A DNA stretch of 64,000 bases from an uncultured Candidatus Rokubacteria bacterium (GTDB lineage Bacteria > Methylomirabilota > Methylomirabilia > Rokubacteriales > CSP1-6). Positions 44,130-54,721 of the stretch are shown here, piece by piece. The stretch is taken from positions 190,384 through 254,383 of the forward strand of contig CAVWFS010000005.1 of NCBI GenBank assembly GCA_963754315.1. Direction: 5' to 3'. Made by a program: the position numbers and the translations under genes. Under the pieces are notes generated by a model. It worked only from the letters and a program-made list of their open reading frames with translations, was not told where the DNA came from and made no database searches. Each line of letters begins with the position of its first letter. Position 1 is the stretch's first letter.

Positions 44130-46295
44130 TCACCGCCGGAATCCGCCGAACCGCTCTCCGAACCCACCCCCGGAGCCGTAGGAGGAGTAGCGATCCTGGC
44201 CAGCGGACCGTGACCACGCGGAGTCGTTGAGCTCACCAGCATGCTGTTGCCATCCGCCTCCGACGCCACGAGCGGGTTCCTGCCAGCCGCCCGCGCCTGC
44301 AAGATACTGGCTGCGGGCCTGCTGCGCCCAGATCGATGACTGATACTCGCGCTGCGCCTGCTGGGCTCGCTGCTGGGCCGGCGCCGTGTTCATGCGGTTC
44401 CAGCCATTGGTGGTGGAATTGTAGTGTTCCCAGCCACCACCCGTGTTCCGGTAGACGTTGCCATCGCGCGTAGCGTAGATGTTGTTGCCCTGGCGGGCGA
44501 GGGCGGTGTTCTGGGTGCGGGCGAATTGCGTGTTGCCGACGCTTCCGGTGGCCGCACGGTAGTACTTGTTGCCGTAGCGAGTGTAGATGTTCACGTTGGC
44601 ATAGCCGCCGTGCCAGCCGCCCCAGCAACAGCCGCCGTGCCAGCCCCACGGCGCCGAGGCGGCGATGGCGCCGAATGGCATGCCGAAGGCGAATCCGGTA
44701 AAGACCCCTGCGCCATAGCCGGCCGCGTACGCCCCGTAGGTTGCGGGCAGCGGATACCAGACGGTGCCGGCCCAGGCGGGGTACACGTAGCCAGTGCCAT
44801 AGACCACGAGGTTGCTCGGCGTCACGACCATGCCGTAATACCCGGGGGTGTAGCCCGTGTAGACCACCTGCGCCGTCGCGCCGTACACGTAGACGTGCGT
44901 GACGTGGTAGAGCGGCGAGGTCGGCGGGATCGTGTAGACCACCGGCGGCACGCTGGTGGCCACGAGCCAGTTTCGGACCGGGGAGGACGAGACGAACCAG
45001 ACGCCGTCCTGAAGCGCCATGTAGTAGGTGGGATCCACCTGGATCACCGGCAGCGGCGCGTTCCTCGCGTACGAGAGCCCGGTCCCCGTGATCGGGGTGA
45101 ACTGCGGTGACCCGTCATAGGTCACCGTGAGCTGTGCCGTCCGGGCGATGGTGGCGGTCTGGGGGATGCCGTTGGCGATGACGGCCTGCTTGGCCTCGGC
45201 CGTCCCCGGCACCGAGGCCAGCACGGCCCCCTTCGGATGATTGAGCGGGATCTGCGCAAAATCGCCGGGGAGCGTGCTCGGCTCCACGAAGGCCCAGGGG
45301 CCGCTCAGCGCCCGGGCCCGGAACCAGCGCCCCGAGATCAGGAGGTAGTACTGCTGGGTTGTTCGGTAGAAGAAGAGGCTGCTCGCCGTGTTGCTCACAT
45401 CGAAGATCTGGGTCGTGGCAATGGGCTGGAACTGCGCTGGGCCCTCGGTCTGGATGAGCTCGGCCGGCGCGGTGCTCGTGTAGATGACCGGGAGCTGGCC
45501 CTGCTCGAGGGCCCGCTTCACCGACGGCGTGAAATCATCGAGGCTCACCTGCTTGTCGGCGATGGCCTGCTGCTTGGCCGTCTCCAGTGCCGCGGGCGCA
45601 TTGGTCGCCGCCGTCCACGGGCCCTCGAAGGCCGGCGCCTGCACCCACCGGTTCAGGAGCCAGAGGTAGTAGGTGCCGCTCGAGGTGTCCAGGAGGAGCA
45701 GCGCGCGTGTGTTGATGGCCCGCATCAACGGCGTGCCCTGAACCTGCCGGAGCACCAGCTTGCCGTCGGTGAGTACCAGCACGGCCAGGCGCGGGCTGTA
45801 GACGATCCGTGGTGGGGTGTTCTTGACGGCCACCTGCGGTCGACGACCGATGACCTTGGTGACCTCGAGGTTGGCCTGCAGGCGATCCAATGCGATCTGG
45901 ATGGGCTGCAAGGGAAGCGCATCGTTGAGCGCGCTGGCGTAGTCGATGCCCTCATCCGGTGTCCCCGGAAAGTCGATCTTGAAGAGCGACATGTCGTGAA
46001 GTGTCACCATCCGGCTCTCCTTGTCGACGTTGGTGAGCGCGGAGAACCAGATGACCCCGAAGCGGGGCTGCGGAGAGGCCGCCGTCTCGAGGCCGACGGC
46101 GGCGCGGGCCTGGAGCTCGTTCCCCTGCCAGCGCTCAATCTGCGGCTGGTAGATCGAAAACGTGTTCTCGCCGCTGACGAACTGCTTGGGCCAGGCATCG
46201 TCGGCCGAGGAAGCGCCTGGGGCTTGCGCGTGTGCCCAGGGGAGCACACTCGGAGCAAGAAGCAGGGAGACGAGCAGCAGCGAGAGGATCTTCAT
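44130..46295 (-). CDS. Large secreted protein of unknown function with Gly/Tyr/Trp-rich C-terminal region
   Basis: Clear signal peptide (MKILSLLLVSLLLAPSVLPWAHA). 721-aa ORF with normal composition. The tail contains GWHGGCCWGGWHGG and Q/G-rich repeats. Confidence 0.7.
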   Translation of the reverse strand: MKILSLLLVSLLLAPSVLPWAHAQAPGASSADDAWPKQFVSGENTFSIYQPQIERWQGNELQARAAVGLETAASPQPRFGVIWFSALTNVDKESRMVTLHDMSLFKIDFPGTPDEGIDYASALNDALPLQPIQIALDRLQANLEVTKVIGRRPQVAVKNTPPRIVYSPRLAVLVLTDGKLVLRQVQGTPLMRAINTRALLLLDTSSGTYYLWLLNRWVQAPAFEGPWTAATNAPAALETAKQQAIADKQVSLDDFTPSVKRALEQGQLPVIYTSTAPAELIQTEGPAQFQPIATTQIFDVSNTASSLFFYRTTQQYYLLISGRWFRARALSGPWAFVEPSTLPGDFAQIPLNHPKGAVLASVPGTAEAKQAVIANGIPQTATIARTAQLTVTYDGSPQFTPITGTGLSYARNAPLPVIQVDPTYYMALQDGVWFVSSSPVRNWLVATSVPPVVYTIPPTSPLYHVTHVYVYGATAQVVYTGYTPGYYGMVVTPSNLVVYGTGYVYPAWAGTVWYPLPATYGAYAAGYGAGVFTGFAFGMPFGAIAASAPWGWHGGCCWGGWHGGYANVNIYTRYGNKYYRAATGSVGNTQFARTQNTALARQGNNIYATRDGNVYRNTGGGWEHYNSTTNGWNRMNTAPAQQRAQQAQREYQSSIWAQQARSQYLAGAGGWQEPARGVGGGWQQHAGELNDSAWSRSAGQDRYSSYGSGGGFGERFGGFRR

Positions 46296-46315
46296 GAGTC
46301 CGTGCGGAGGTTTGT

Positions 46316-47072
46316 CTAGCTCTTCGGCGCCATCGGTAAGGCCGGCACCTGGTTGGTGTCGTAGACGGCCACAATCCTGACGTTCTGGTAGCGCTGGTCC
46401 ACAGTCAGGTTCGCATCCTTGGGGCTGTACACATCACCGAGTCCGTAGACTTTGAAGAACTGGTGGGGGGACGTTGACAAGATACTGGTCGATGATGGGC
46501 TCGGGCGCCGCGGCACGCTCCCGGCTCAGCCGCTCGTTGGCCTCGGCACTGCCGGTGGCGGAGGCGCTCCCGACCAGCAGGAAGAGGACTTTCCGCCCTC
46601 GACTCTCGCGGGAGAGGTAGTCGAGGAAGGTGATGAGCCGCGTGTACTGGAGCGACCCCTGCTCGATCCGAGCCTCGCCGGTGGGGAAGAAAAGGGTGAT
46701 CTGACCGGTGCCCTGCTGATTCGAGAGCTGCTCGAGCATCCCGAGCGCCTGCTGGGACGTCTGGAGGTTCTTGGTCTCCGTGCCCTTCAGCTGCAGGAAA
46801 TCCTTACTCTGGGCTGCCTGGATTTGTTGATACTCCTTCATGTTGTTGTTGTTGGCGTCGACCACGATTTGGGCCAGGCTGCTGGCCTGCCGTCCTGAGG
46901 CCCCGCCGAAGACCGTGCCGTTTGGAAAGACCACCTGCTCAGGCTTCGCCACGGGCTGCCCGGCCCCGGTGGGGGGCGCGGTCTGCATGGTGAGTTGCTC
47001 GGTCTGCCCGGCACAACCGGACAGCATCGCGGCGGCGGCGATACCAACGAGAGCTCGCACACCGGTGTTCAT
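46316..47072 (-). CDS. OmpA-C-like lipoprotein, apparent frameshift in a G6/C6 run (46465..46470)
   Basis: Lipobox LSGC. VLFLLVGSASATGSAEANERLSRERAAA (OmpA_C core) continues in ORF 46316..46516 (...NVRIVAVYD). Confidence 0.65.
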
Positions 47073-47130
47073 CGCTGTCTCCTGTCTTTCAACGGCCAGT
47101 CCCCTTCGAGCGCAATGGGCTCGCTGTCGG

Positions 47131-47912
47131 TCAGTCGACGATCTGGTTGAGAAGCTTTTGAGAGTCGGCCTGGTACTGACTCTGAGTGATGAGCCCCTGG
47201 TTGAGCAGCGACTTGAGCTCCTTCAGCTTCGCCACCGCCGCGGCCTGGGTGCTGGTCAGGGCGGGGGCCGACGCTGCAGCCGGGGCGGCGGGCGGCGGCG
47301 CAGCAACTGTCTCCGGTGATCGTGGCGCCTGTGGAGGAGGGTAGCTATAGGGATAGGGATTGGATCGGGCCTCTCCCATCTGCATGCCACGCTCTTCCCC
47401 CACCGCCATTCCCATGGCGGCCATGCGCCAGCGCCCGAAGATGTCGATGAAGAGCGACGACTCTTTGAAGGACGCGGGAAGCTTGCCCGTGAGGACCTTG
47501 GCCGTATACGACAGGGTACTGCGTTCCAGGCGGGGGCGAGTCAGCTCCACCACCGCACTGGTGACGCCCTTCTCGCCGAGGATCGACAGCGTTGCATTCG
47601 GAGGGTTCTTGGCAAAGCTGTCCGAGCCCTTGTCCCAATGGCCGACGAATGCGGCGGTGCCGAGGTGTCCGGTCACGCGGTCCGGGCGATCGGAGAAGAA
47701 GAGAGGGTGGGGCCGACGCCCTTGAGCGTCAGCGTTTTGCCGTCGAAGCTGCCCGACAGCGCGTTCTGCACGAAGAGCAGTTCGACCTTGTGGGGCGCCG
47801 GCGCCGCGGCGGAGGCCGGCGGCGAGGCAGGCTGAGCCTGAAGGCTGCCCGTGGGACATAGGTGGAACGTGACGGCAATGAACGCAACGGCGACGACGAG
47901 TCCACGAACCAT
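47131..47912 (-). CDS. Secreted SHOCT-domain protein, apparent frameshift near 47700
   Basis: The signal peptide and N-terminus in ORF 47673..47954 continue in ORF 47131..47859. C-terminal SHOCT motif KLKELKSLLNQGLITQSQYQADSQKLL. ATG 47912 is preceded by GGGAGGAG. Confidence 0.6.
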
Positions 47913-48051
47913 ATTCTCAATCTCCTCCCTACGAGCTGAGCGATGACGAGGCATTATGCGCCCACGAGCTCAGTGATTCGAGACCACTATTCGCTCGCTT
48001 TCATGTTGCGAACCAGGAGCATACCGCCCACCAGTTCCGGGCGGTGCGGCC

Positions 48052-48477
48052 TCACTTGGGCTTGCTGAAGTCGAAGTTATAGAGACCCGCGTCGGCCCAA
48101 CCCGAGCCGACGAGGCCCCACGAGCTGCCCTGGTCCACGAGCGAGGCGGAGCCGGTCCGATTGTCAACCGCTATGCCGCCGCTCGTGTAACTGGTGACGA
48201 AATCCAGCTTCCCGTTTTTCAGCTGCGCCTTCCCTCGAGAGGTGAAGGCGCCGGCTTCCATCGCATAGGTTTCGTTGGGATAGACGATCAGGGTCGCCGG
48301 CAACCCTACTCCCGACGGAAGGATCATCGTGCCTTGCCAGGTCCCGGCCAGTTTGGAAATGTCACCCGGTTCCACGGGCACAACGCGTCCGCCCAGGCCA
48401 CCACCGGCGCATCCTGCGATCGTCAACGCCACCATCGCCGCCATCAGGAACCTCAGTGTTGGTCGCTCTGCTCTCAT
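48052..48477 (-). CDS. Hypothetical lipoprotein
   Basis: Lipobox LTIAGC. 141 aa with beta-rich composition. Confidence 0.6.
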   Translation of the reverse strand: MRAERPTLRFLMAAMVALTIAGCAGGGLGGRVVPVEPGDISKLAGTWQGTMILPSGVGLPATLIVYPNETYAMEAGAFTSRGKAQLKNGKLDFVTSYTSGGIAVDNRTGSASLVDQGSSWGLVGSGWADAGLYNFDFSKPK

Positions 48478-48499
48478 GACGGTCTCCTATCTCGAGCGC

Positions 48500-49549
48500 C
48501 TAGGGGTCGAACGCGAAGATGCGCTTCCAGTCGTTCTTCATGCTGATGACGTTCCAGCCGCGCTTCTTGGCTTCGTCGTAAAGGGCCTGCGTAAAGGCGC
48601 CGACCCTGGTGGCCGGCAGCCCTTGGGCGGGCCCGTACGCATACTCACGCTGCGCATCGTCGTGAAGCACCAGCATCATCAGCCGCGCGCCGTCGCCCGC
48701 CTGCGTGTACTCCAGCATCTGGCGATCGCCGGGGGAGTTGCCGAAGGCGGCGTAGGGCCGCCGTCCGATCATCAGGTGAATGCCTTCAGGCTTGCCGGCA
48801 TTGTTGTCGTTCAGCAGCAGCTTCGGCTCCTTGGTGAGGAACGGTCGTCCGTCCTTGGCATAGCCGTACTTCGTGCCCCCCGCGGTGCCCACCACCTGCT
48901 CGGGCGGGATGCCATAGACCTGCTCGGAGTACACGCGCACGAAATCCTGGCCGCCCCCGGTCACGATGTAGGTCTTGTAGCCGTTGTCGCGGAAGTAGCG
49001 CAGCACCTCCTGCATGGGCTGATACGTGAGCTCGGTGTAGGGCCGCTTCCAGCGCGGATGCGTGGCGGCGCCCAGCCACTTCTTCACTTCGGCGTTGAAC
49101 TCGTCCACGGTCATCCCGGTGAGGGTGGCGGCGAGAATCACCTCGAGGTCCTTCATCGAGAGCTTCGCCATCGCCTCCCGGTTGCCGGACAGTACGGTCT
49201 TGAAAGGCTCCACGTTCTTCAGCTCCGGCTTTTTCGCCACCACCGCTGGCACCCGCTCCAGGCAGTAGACCACCTGCGTGTACATGGGATGCGAGACCCA
49301 CAAGGTCCCGTCCTGGTCGAAGGTGGCGATACGCGCTTCGGGCGGGACGAACTTTGGACTCGCCTTGTCGGTGGTGGCCTGCACGAACTCGACGATCGCC
49401 TTCTTGGCCGGCCCTTCGTTCCATGACGGCAGCGGGTCAGTCTGGCCGAACGCCGGCGGGCTCGAGCCGAGCCAGATGGCAAGCACGAGCAGCAGGAGGC
49501 ATCGATGCACCGCGGCGATGGCCCTCATGACGAATGCTCCCCCTTTCAT
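48500..49549 (-). CDS. Secreted HAD-superfamily hydrolase
   Basis: Signal peptide, FDQDGTLW (DxDxT) motif, and later VTGGGQDF and GNSPGDRQML. Confidence 0.8.
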   Translation of the reverse strand: MKGGAFVMRAIAAVHRCLLLLVLAIWLGSSPPAFGQTDPLPSWNEGPAKKAIVEFVQATTDKASPKFVPPEARIATFDQDGTLWVSHPMYTQVVYCLERVPAVVAKKPELKNVEPFKTVLSGNREAMAKLSMKDLEVILAATLTGMTVDEFNAEVKKWLGAATHPRWKRPYTELTYQPMQEVLRYFRDNGYKTYIVTGGGQDFVRVYSEQVYGIPPEQVVGTAGGTKYGYAKDGRPFLTKEPKLLLNDNNAGKPEGIHLMIGRRPYAAFGNSPGDRQMLEYTQAGDGARLMMLVLHDDAQREYAYGPAQGLPATRVGAFTQALYDEAKKRGWNVISMKNDWKRIFAFDP

Positions 49550-49564
49550 GTCTGTCTCCGGTGT

Positions 49565-51161
49565 TCAGTTGCGAGGCGGCGACAGGCTCTCCAGCTCCTT
49601 CAGCCGCTTCAGGACCGCCGCCGCCTTCAGGGTGGTGTAGTTGATGTTGGCGGCGTTCAGGCTGCTCCCCTCCTGGAACGGAAACTCGGGGACGGTGACC
49701 AGAAAGTCCTTGCAGCTTCTGCTGCACGGGCACGAAGAGCCAGATGTTGTCGGCGTACCAGCGTATGTACATCCCCGATTCGTGGGGCGCCTTCTCGTAG
49801 GGATCGGCTCTGAGATTCACGATCGTCGGCCAGCCGGTGACTTCGCGCACGCTGGTCGCGATGTTGCCCCGCTGGACGGCGAAATGGACCTTCCAGTCGT
49901 TCCAGCGGACGGCGTTCAGCTCGCCGCCCTGGCCGAAGTAGTAGATCTCCTCGCGTGGGCCCTTTTTCACCTCGCCCTTGAAGTAGGGCAGGAAGTCGTA
50001 CCCGTCGAGATGGACCCGCCATGTCTTCCCGCCGGCCTGATAGCCCTGCTTGAGCTTGTCCTTGATGCCGGGCGCCCCCGCCGCGGCGAGCAAGGTAGGC
50101 AGCCAGTCCTCCTGGGAGATGATGTCGTTGTAGACGGTCCCGGGCTTGATGACCCCTGGCCAGCGGACCGCGAGCGGCACTCTGAAACCGCCCTCCCACG
50201 TCGTGCCCTTCTCGCCCCGGAACGGTGTGGTCCCGCCGTCCGGCCAGGTGACCGTCTCGGCCCCGTTGTCCGTCGAGTAGACGACGATGGTATTGCTCGC
50301 GATTCCGAGGTCGTCGAGCTTTTTGAGCAGCGCGCCGACCATGTCGTCGTGCTCGACCATGCCGTCCGGGTAGAGGCCGATCCCAGTGCGCCCCTGAGCC
50401 GACTTCCTGAGGTGGGTCCAGACATGCATCCGGGTCGTGTTGAACCAGACAAAGAACGGCTTCTTGTCGGCCACCGATTTATCGATGAACTTCTCGGCGG
50501 CGGCGAAGATCTCGCCGTCGACCGTCTCCATGCGCTGCCGGGTGAGGGGCCCGGTGTCGTCGATCTTCTGGCCGCCCTTGCCGTCGGCCCAGGTGTGAAG
50601 CACGCCCCGCGGCCCGAACTTCTTCCGGAACTCGGGATCCTTCGGGTAGTAGTAGGTCTCGGGTTCCTCCTCCGCGTTCAGGTGGTAGAGGTTGCCCAGG
50701 AACTCGTCGAAGCCGTGCATCGTCGGCAGGTGCGAATCGCGGTCGCCCAGGTGGTTCTTGCCGAACTGCCCGGTCGCGTACCCCTGCGGCTTCAGCAGGT
50801 CAGCGATGGTCGGCGCCCAGTCGGGAATGCCCTGGGCCGAGCCCGGCATGCCGATGGTCAGCAGGCCCGTGCGGAAGGGATGCTGGCCCAGGATGAACGA
50901 CGCGCGGCCGGCCGTGCAGCTCTGCTGGGCGTAGGCGTCGGTGAAGATCGCGCCTTCTCGCGCGATCCGGTCGATGTTCGGCGTCCGGTAGCCCATGATC
51001 GCGTGGGTGTAGGCGCTGACGTTGTGGACGCCGATGTCATCGCCCCAGATGACGAGGATGTTGGGTCTCGCTTGCTGCGCGTGGGCGACGCCTGCCCCCA
51101 GCGCGGACAGGGTTGCCACCAGTACCGTCGTGAGCGCGCACGACGTCAGTGCCTTCGACAT
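49565..51161 (-). CDS. Secreted arylsulfatase (Cys-type), apparent frameshift near 49709
   Basis: Signal peptide, [20 protein letters not shown] (formylglycine motif) and GKNHLGD. The conserved C-terminus (DFLVTVPEFPFQEG...) is in another frame, ending at TGA 49565. Paralogue of 56069..57622. Confidence 0.85.
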
Positions 51162-51190
51162 ATGGCCTCCACGGCTGAGGGGATTTCGCC

Positions 51191-51673
51191 TCACGGGTTC
51201 AGCGAAATGACGACGGCGTCGCCCCCGAGGCTCAGGATCAGCCCTTCACGCTTCGCCTTCAGGCGCAGGATCACGCCCGCCTCGTTCTGCATCCAGAGAT
51301 CGCCGGCGCTCGAGGAGCCGATGGCAAAGCCGTAGCGGGCCTGGCCATAGGTGCCGGGGAACTGGGAGAGGTCGCGGAGGTTGTACACCTCGCCCCTCGC
51401 GTCAATCGTGGAAAGGCCGATGCCGCCGATCCCGACCCCGCCGACCTGAAACGGGTGCTCCTTGCCGCGAAAGACCAGGACGCCGGTCCCCGCGCTGCCG
51501 CTGCCGATGTAGGCCGCCTGCACCTCTTTCATGTCGACGGTGCCGTCTACTGTCTTACCCTTGACCGCATCCGGTCCGAGCTCGACGTTCCCGGCACACC
51601 CGGCCAGATAGAGTCCACATGCACTCACGAGCGCAACGCGCGCCACGAACACCTTCATCGCTTGTGTGATCAT
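51191..51673 (-). CDS. Hypothetical lipoprotein
   Basis: Lipobox LAGC. Gly-rich, beta-type sequence. Confidence 0.55.
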   Translation of the reverse strand: MITQAMKVFVARVALVSACGLYLAGCAGNVELGPDAVKGKTVDGTVDMKEVQAAYIGSGSAGTGVLVFRGKEHPFQVGGVGIGGIGLSTIDARGEVYNLRDLSQFPGTYGQARYGFAIGSSSAGDLWMQNEAGVILRLKAKREGLILSLGGDAVVISLNP

Positions 51674-51783
51674 TCGGCGACCCCCCCGTGCCCAGCATGG
51701 GCTTGCGTTGTCATTCCTCTCCAGCGACGCATGCTCTGAGACGCTCGCTTGAGCAGCACTATCCTGCCAGTTGCAATGCGCAC

Positions 51784-51952
51784 TCAGTAGTCCCTCACGA
51801 ACTTGCCGGTGGTAGACATCGGCTGCATCCAGCCGATGTCCTCACCCATGATGAAGAGGATGTTGGGCTTCGGCTGCGCCGAGGGCCGGCATTGACGCCA
51901 GCCCCACGGCCGTGAACAGCGCGAGCAGCATAGGCCAGATCTTCCGAGTCAT
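51784..51952 (-). pseudogene. Arylsulfatase N-terminal remnant
   Basis: Signal peptide MTRKIWPMLLALFTAVGLA.., then in a shifted frame KPNILFIMGEDIGWMQP.., then termination. No catalytic core follows. Confidence 0.55.
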
Positions 51953-52076
51953 CACGTACCCTCTTACCCTCGTTGAGCCTCCTGGTTCTTGTGACCGTCA
52001 CGAACGCTTCACGGCGGCGCCCGCACGACGGACCGCCGCCCATCGGGATGCGGCTCCGCTCCCCCGCCCGCGATAC

Positions 52077-52475
52077 TCATCGGCGGCGGATGCTCGGCGA
52101 CACATACCGTTCGTCCCGCAGGGCGGCGCGGAGCGCCGGCACCAACTCGCGGGCGGCAGTGTGTTTCAACACGTAGCCGAGCGCGCCGGCCGCATACCCT
52201 CGCTCCGCCAGATCGGGATCGTCATGCACGGTGACGAGCACGACCCGCGCGGCGGGATGTCGCGCACGGAGCGCCACCGTGGCGGCGATCCCGTCGAGAC
52301 CAGGCATCACGATGTCGGTGACGATCACGTCGGGGTGGTAGTCGTCCACCGCCCGGAGAAGGGCATTTCCGTCGGCCACCGTGGCCACGACGTCGAACTG
52401 TGCGGCGAGCAGGCCGCGCAGCTCTTCGGCGACCCTCGCGTGATCTTCGGCGAGCAGCAGCCGCGGTCGATCCAC
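52077..52475 (-). CDS. Response regulator, receiver domain only
   Basis: LLLAEDH, VIVTDIVMPGLDG and KHTAARELV receiver motifs. GTG 52475. No output domain. Confidence 0.75.
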   Translation of the reverse strand: MDRPRLLLAEDHARVAEELRGLLAAQFDVVATVADGNALLRAVDDYHPDVIVTDIVMPGLDGIAATVALRARHPAARVVLVTVHDDPDLAERGYAAGALGYVLKHTAARELVPALRAALRDERYVSPSIRRR

Positions 52476-52608
52476 GCGCCGAATGTAGGGTCTGAGGACG
52501 CCGCGCACAATTCGGAGAATTACGGAAGGACTCCGGAGAACTCCGGAGGCGAGCGTCGGGGCCCCGTCCTGGGGGTCGGCCCTGGCTACCCTGCCGGGAT
52601 GGAGCACG

Positions 52609-52680
52609 CAGGCCGTGCTCGATGGCGTAGCGGATCAGCTCGGCGGTGGTCTGGAGTCGGTCGCCCAACGCTGACGAAGC
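52609..52680 (-). pseudogene. Remnant of a LuxR/FixJ-type HTH C-terminus
   Basis: LGDRLQTTAELIRYAIEHGL resembles the last helix of NarL/FixJ output domains. Nothing recognisable upstream. Confidence 0.3.
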
Positions 52681-52793
52681 TGCTGCCTCACGCCGAGGCG
52701 TAGTAACAGAACGCCCGGGAAGAGCAGTGAGGCTTTCCTTCCGGCGCCGTCGCGTGATATCTCTTCTTGTGGGGAAACCGCGGGGGACATCGT

Positions 52794-52922
52794 ATGCCGG
52801 ACGCGAAGAAGCCGAACATCCTCGTCATCTGGGGGGACGACATCGGGCAATCCAATCTCCGCTGCTACACGAAGGTGGTGATGGGGTACCGGACTCGCAA
52901 CATCGACCGGATCGAGAGCTGA
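52794..52922 (+). pseudogene. Arylsulfatase N-terminal remnant (42 aa)
   Basis: [41 protein letters not shown] matches the first ~40 aa of the two full sulfatases, then stops. The stop shares one nucleotide with the FGE start. Confidence 0.6.
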
Positions 52923-53911
52923 TGGTCGCCGACCGGAAGGCGGAATACCTGGCGGCGGCGCCGCCGCCAGGCCCCCCGCCGGCGCCCGACATGGTGTGGA
53001 TCCCGGGCGGCGCGTTCCGCATGGGATCCGACCACCACTACCCGGAGGAGGCGCCCGCCCACGAGGTTACCGTGGATGGGTTCTGGATGGATCGGTACAC
53101 GGTGACCAACCGCGAGTTCCGGCGATTCGTGGAGGCGACGGGACACGTGACGTTGGCGGAGCGCCCGCCAACGGCCGAGGACTACCCGGGCGCCAAGCCC
53201 GAGATGCTAGTGGCCGCGTCGATGCTGTTCAGGAAGTCCCTGCACCCGGTCGATCTCCGCAACCCCGTCAACTGGTGGGACTGGACCCCGGGGGTGGACT
53301 GGCGGCGCCCTCGAGGGCGGCAGAGCTCGCTCGGGGGACTCGCCAGGCACCCGGTGGTCCACGTGGCGTACGAGGACGCGGAGACCTATGCCCGGTGGGC
53401 GGGGAAGGCGCTCCCCACCGAGGCTGAGTGGGAGTTCGCCGCCCGCGGGGGCCTCGATGGCGCGGAGTTCTGCTGGGGCCACGAGTTCACCCCCCGCGGC
53501 AAGTCCATGTGCAACTCCTGGCAGGGCGACTTTCCTCACGAGAATCTCCTCACCGATGGGTACGAGTGGACGGCGCCCGTGGGGTCGTTCCCCCCGAACG
53601 GCTACGGCCTCCACGACATGGCCGGCAACGTGTGGGAGTTGACGATGGACTGGTACCAGCCGCACGCGGAGCTGGTGCATCCCTGCTGCGAGAGCGTGAA
53701 CCCGCTCGGGGGCCAGGCGGAGCGGAGCTACCACGCGGGGATGCGGGGCCTCCGGATCCCCCGTCGCGTCATGAAGGGCGGTTCCTACCTGTGCGCACCC
53801 AACTACTGCCGGCGCTACCGGCCCGCGGCCCGGATGGCCCAGCCGATCGACACCTCGACGTGCCACCTGGGCTTCCGGTGCGTCGTCCGGATGCCGAGCC
53901 AGCCGCGCTGA
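52922..53911 (+). CDS. Formylglycine-generating enzyme (SUMF1/FGE family)
   Basis: MVWIPGGAFRMGSD, RYTVTNREFRRFV, GLHDMAGNVWEL, KGGSYLC and RCV motifs. Confidence 0.85.
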   Translation: MVADRKAEYLAAAPPPGPPPAPDMVWIPGGAFRMGSDHHYPEEAPAHEVTVDGFWMDRYTVTNREFRRFVEATGHVTLAERPPTAEDYPGAKPEMLVAASMLFRKSLHPVDLRNPVNWWDWTPGVDWRRPRGRQSSLGGLARHPVVHVAYEDAETYARWAGKALPTEAEWEFAARGGLDGAEFCWGHEFTPRGKSMCNSWQGDFPHENLLTDGYEWTAPVGSFPPNGYGLHDMAGNVWELTMDWYQPHAELVHPCCESVNPLGGQAERSYHAGMRGLRIPRRVMKGGSYLCAPNYCRRYRPAARMAQPIDTSTCHLGFRCVVRMPSQPR

Positions 53912-53928
53912 CCGACGCGCATCTGGCG

Positions 53929-54567
53929 ATGGAATCAGCGATGGCGGAAGGTGATGTCCTGCTGGGGTTAGGGAAGGTCTTCACGCTGCTCTTCGTGACA
54001 CTCGGGCCCATCAAGATCGTCGGCCCGTTCCTGCAGCTGACGCGCGAGGCGGACGATTCGACGCTACGGCAGATTGCCGTGCGGGCATGCGTGCTCGGGG
54101 TGATCGCCGTGGTCGTCGGCGGCTTCGTCGGTTGGGCGCTACTCCAGAACTGGAACCTCTCGGTCTGGGCGATGACGCTCGCCGGGGGGATCATCTTCTT
54201 CCTTGTCGGTCTGAGTGTGGTCTTCGAGCAGTACCGGCCCGAGCCCGCGGCGCCCCCGCCGCTCCCGGCCGCACCGATGGCGGCCGCTTTCCGGCTTGCC
54301 TTTCCCACGGTCGTCACGCCCTATGGCATTGCGGCCGTCATCGCCCTCCTCGCCAACAGCCCTCACGCCGCGCGCACCGCGACCATCGTTGCCATGCTGA
54401 TGGGGGTGATGGCGCTCAACCTGCTGTCGATGCTGTCCGCGCGCCGGGTCATGGGCGGCGTCGCCGTCATGGTCCTGCGGATCTTCGGCGCGGTCCTGGG
54501 CGTGTTGCAGGTCGCCGTCGCGTTGGAGTTCATCCTCCGCGGGCTGCGCGGCATCGGAGTGGTCTAG
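53929..54567 (+). CDS. MarC family (UPF0056) integral membrane protein
   Basis: Six TM segments, TLGPIKIVGPF and FPTVVTPYGIAAVI patterns. Confidence 0.75.
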   Translation: MESAMAEGDVLLGLGKVFTLLFVTLGPIKIVGPFLQLTREADDSTLRQIAVRACVLGVIAVVVGGFVGWALLQNWNLSVWAMTLAGGIIFFLVGLSVVFEQYRPEPAAPPPLPAAPMAAAFRLAFPTVVTPYGIAAVIALLANSPHAARTATIVAMLMGVMALNLLSMLSARRVMGGVAVMVLRIFGAVLGVLQVAVALEFILRGLRGIGVV

Positions 54568-54721
54568 CCCCTGCGAAGCCGGGATCGGTGCCCTGCTGAA
54601 CGTGTTTCTCCGGGTCGGCCCCTCCTGATAGAGGCGAACGCTCAGTTATCCCGCTGGAACAGCGCGAGGGAGGCGTCGTTGATCGCAGAATCTACTTAAC
54701 ATGTCCTGAATCCCCGACACG

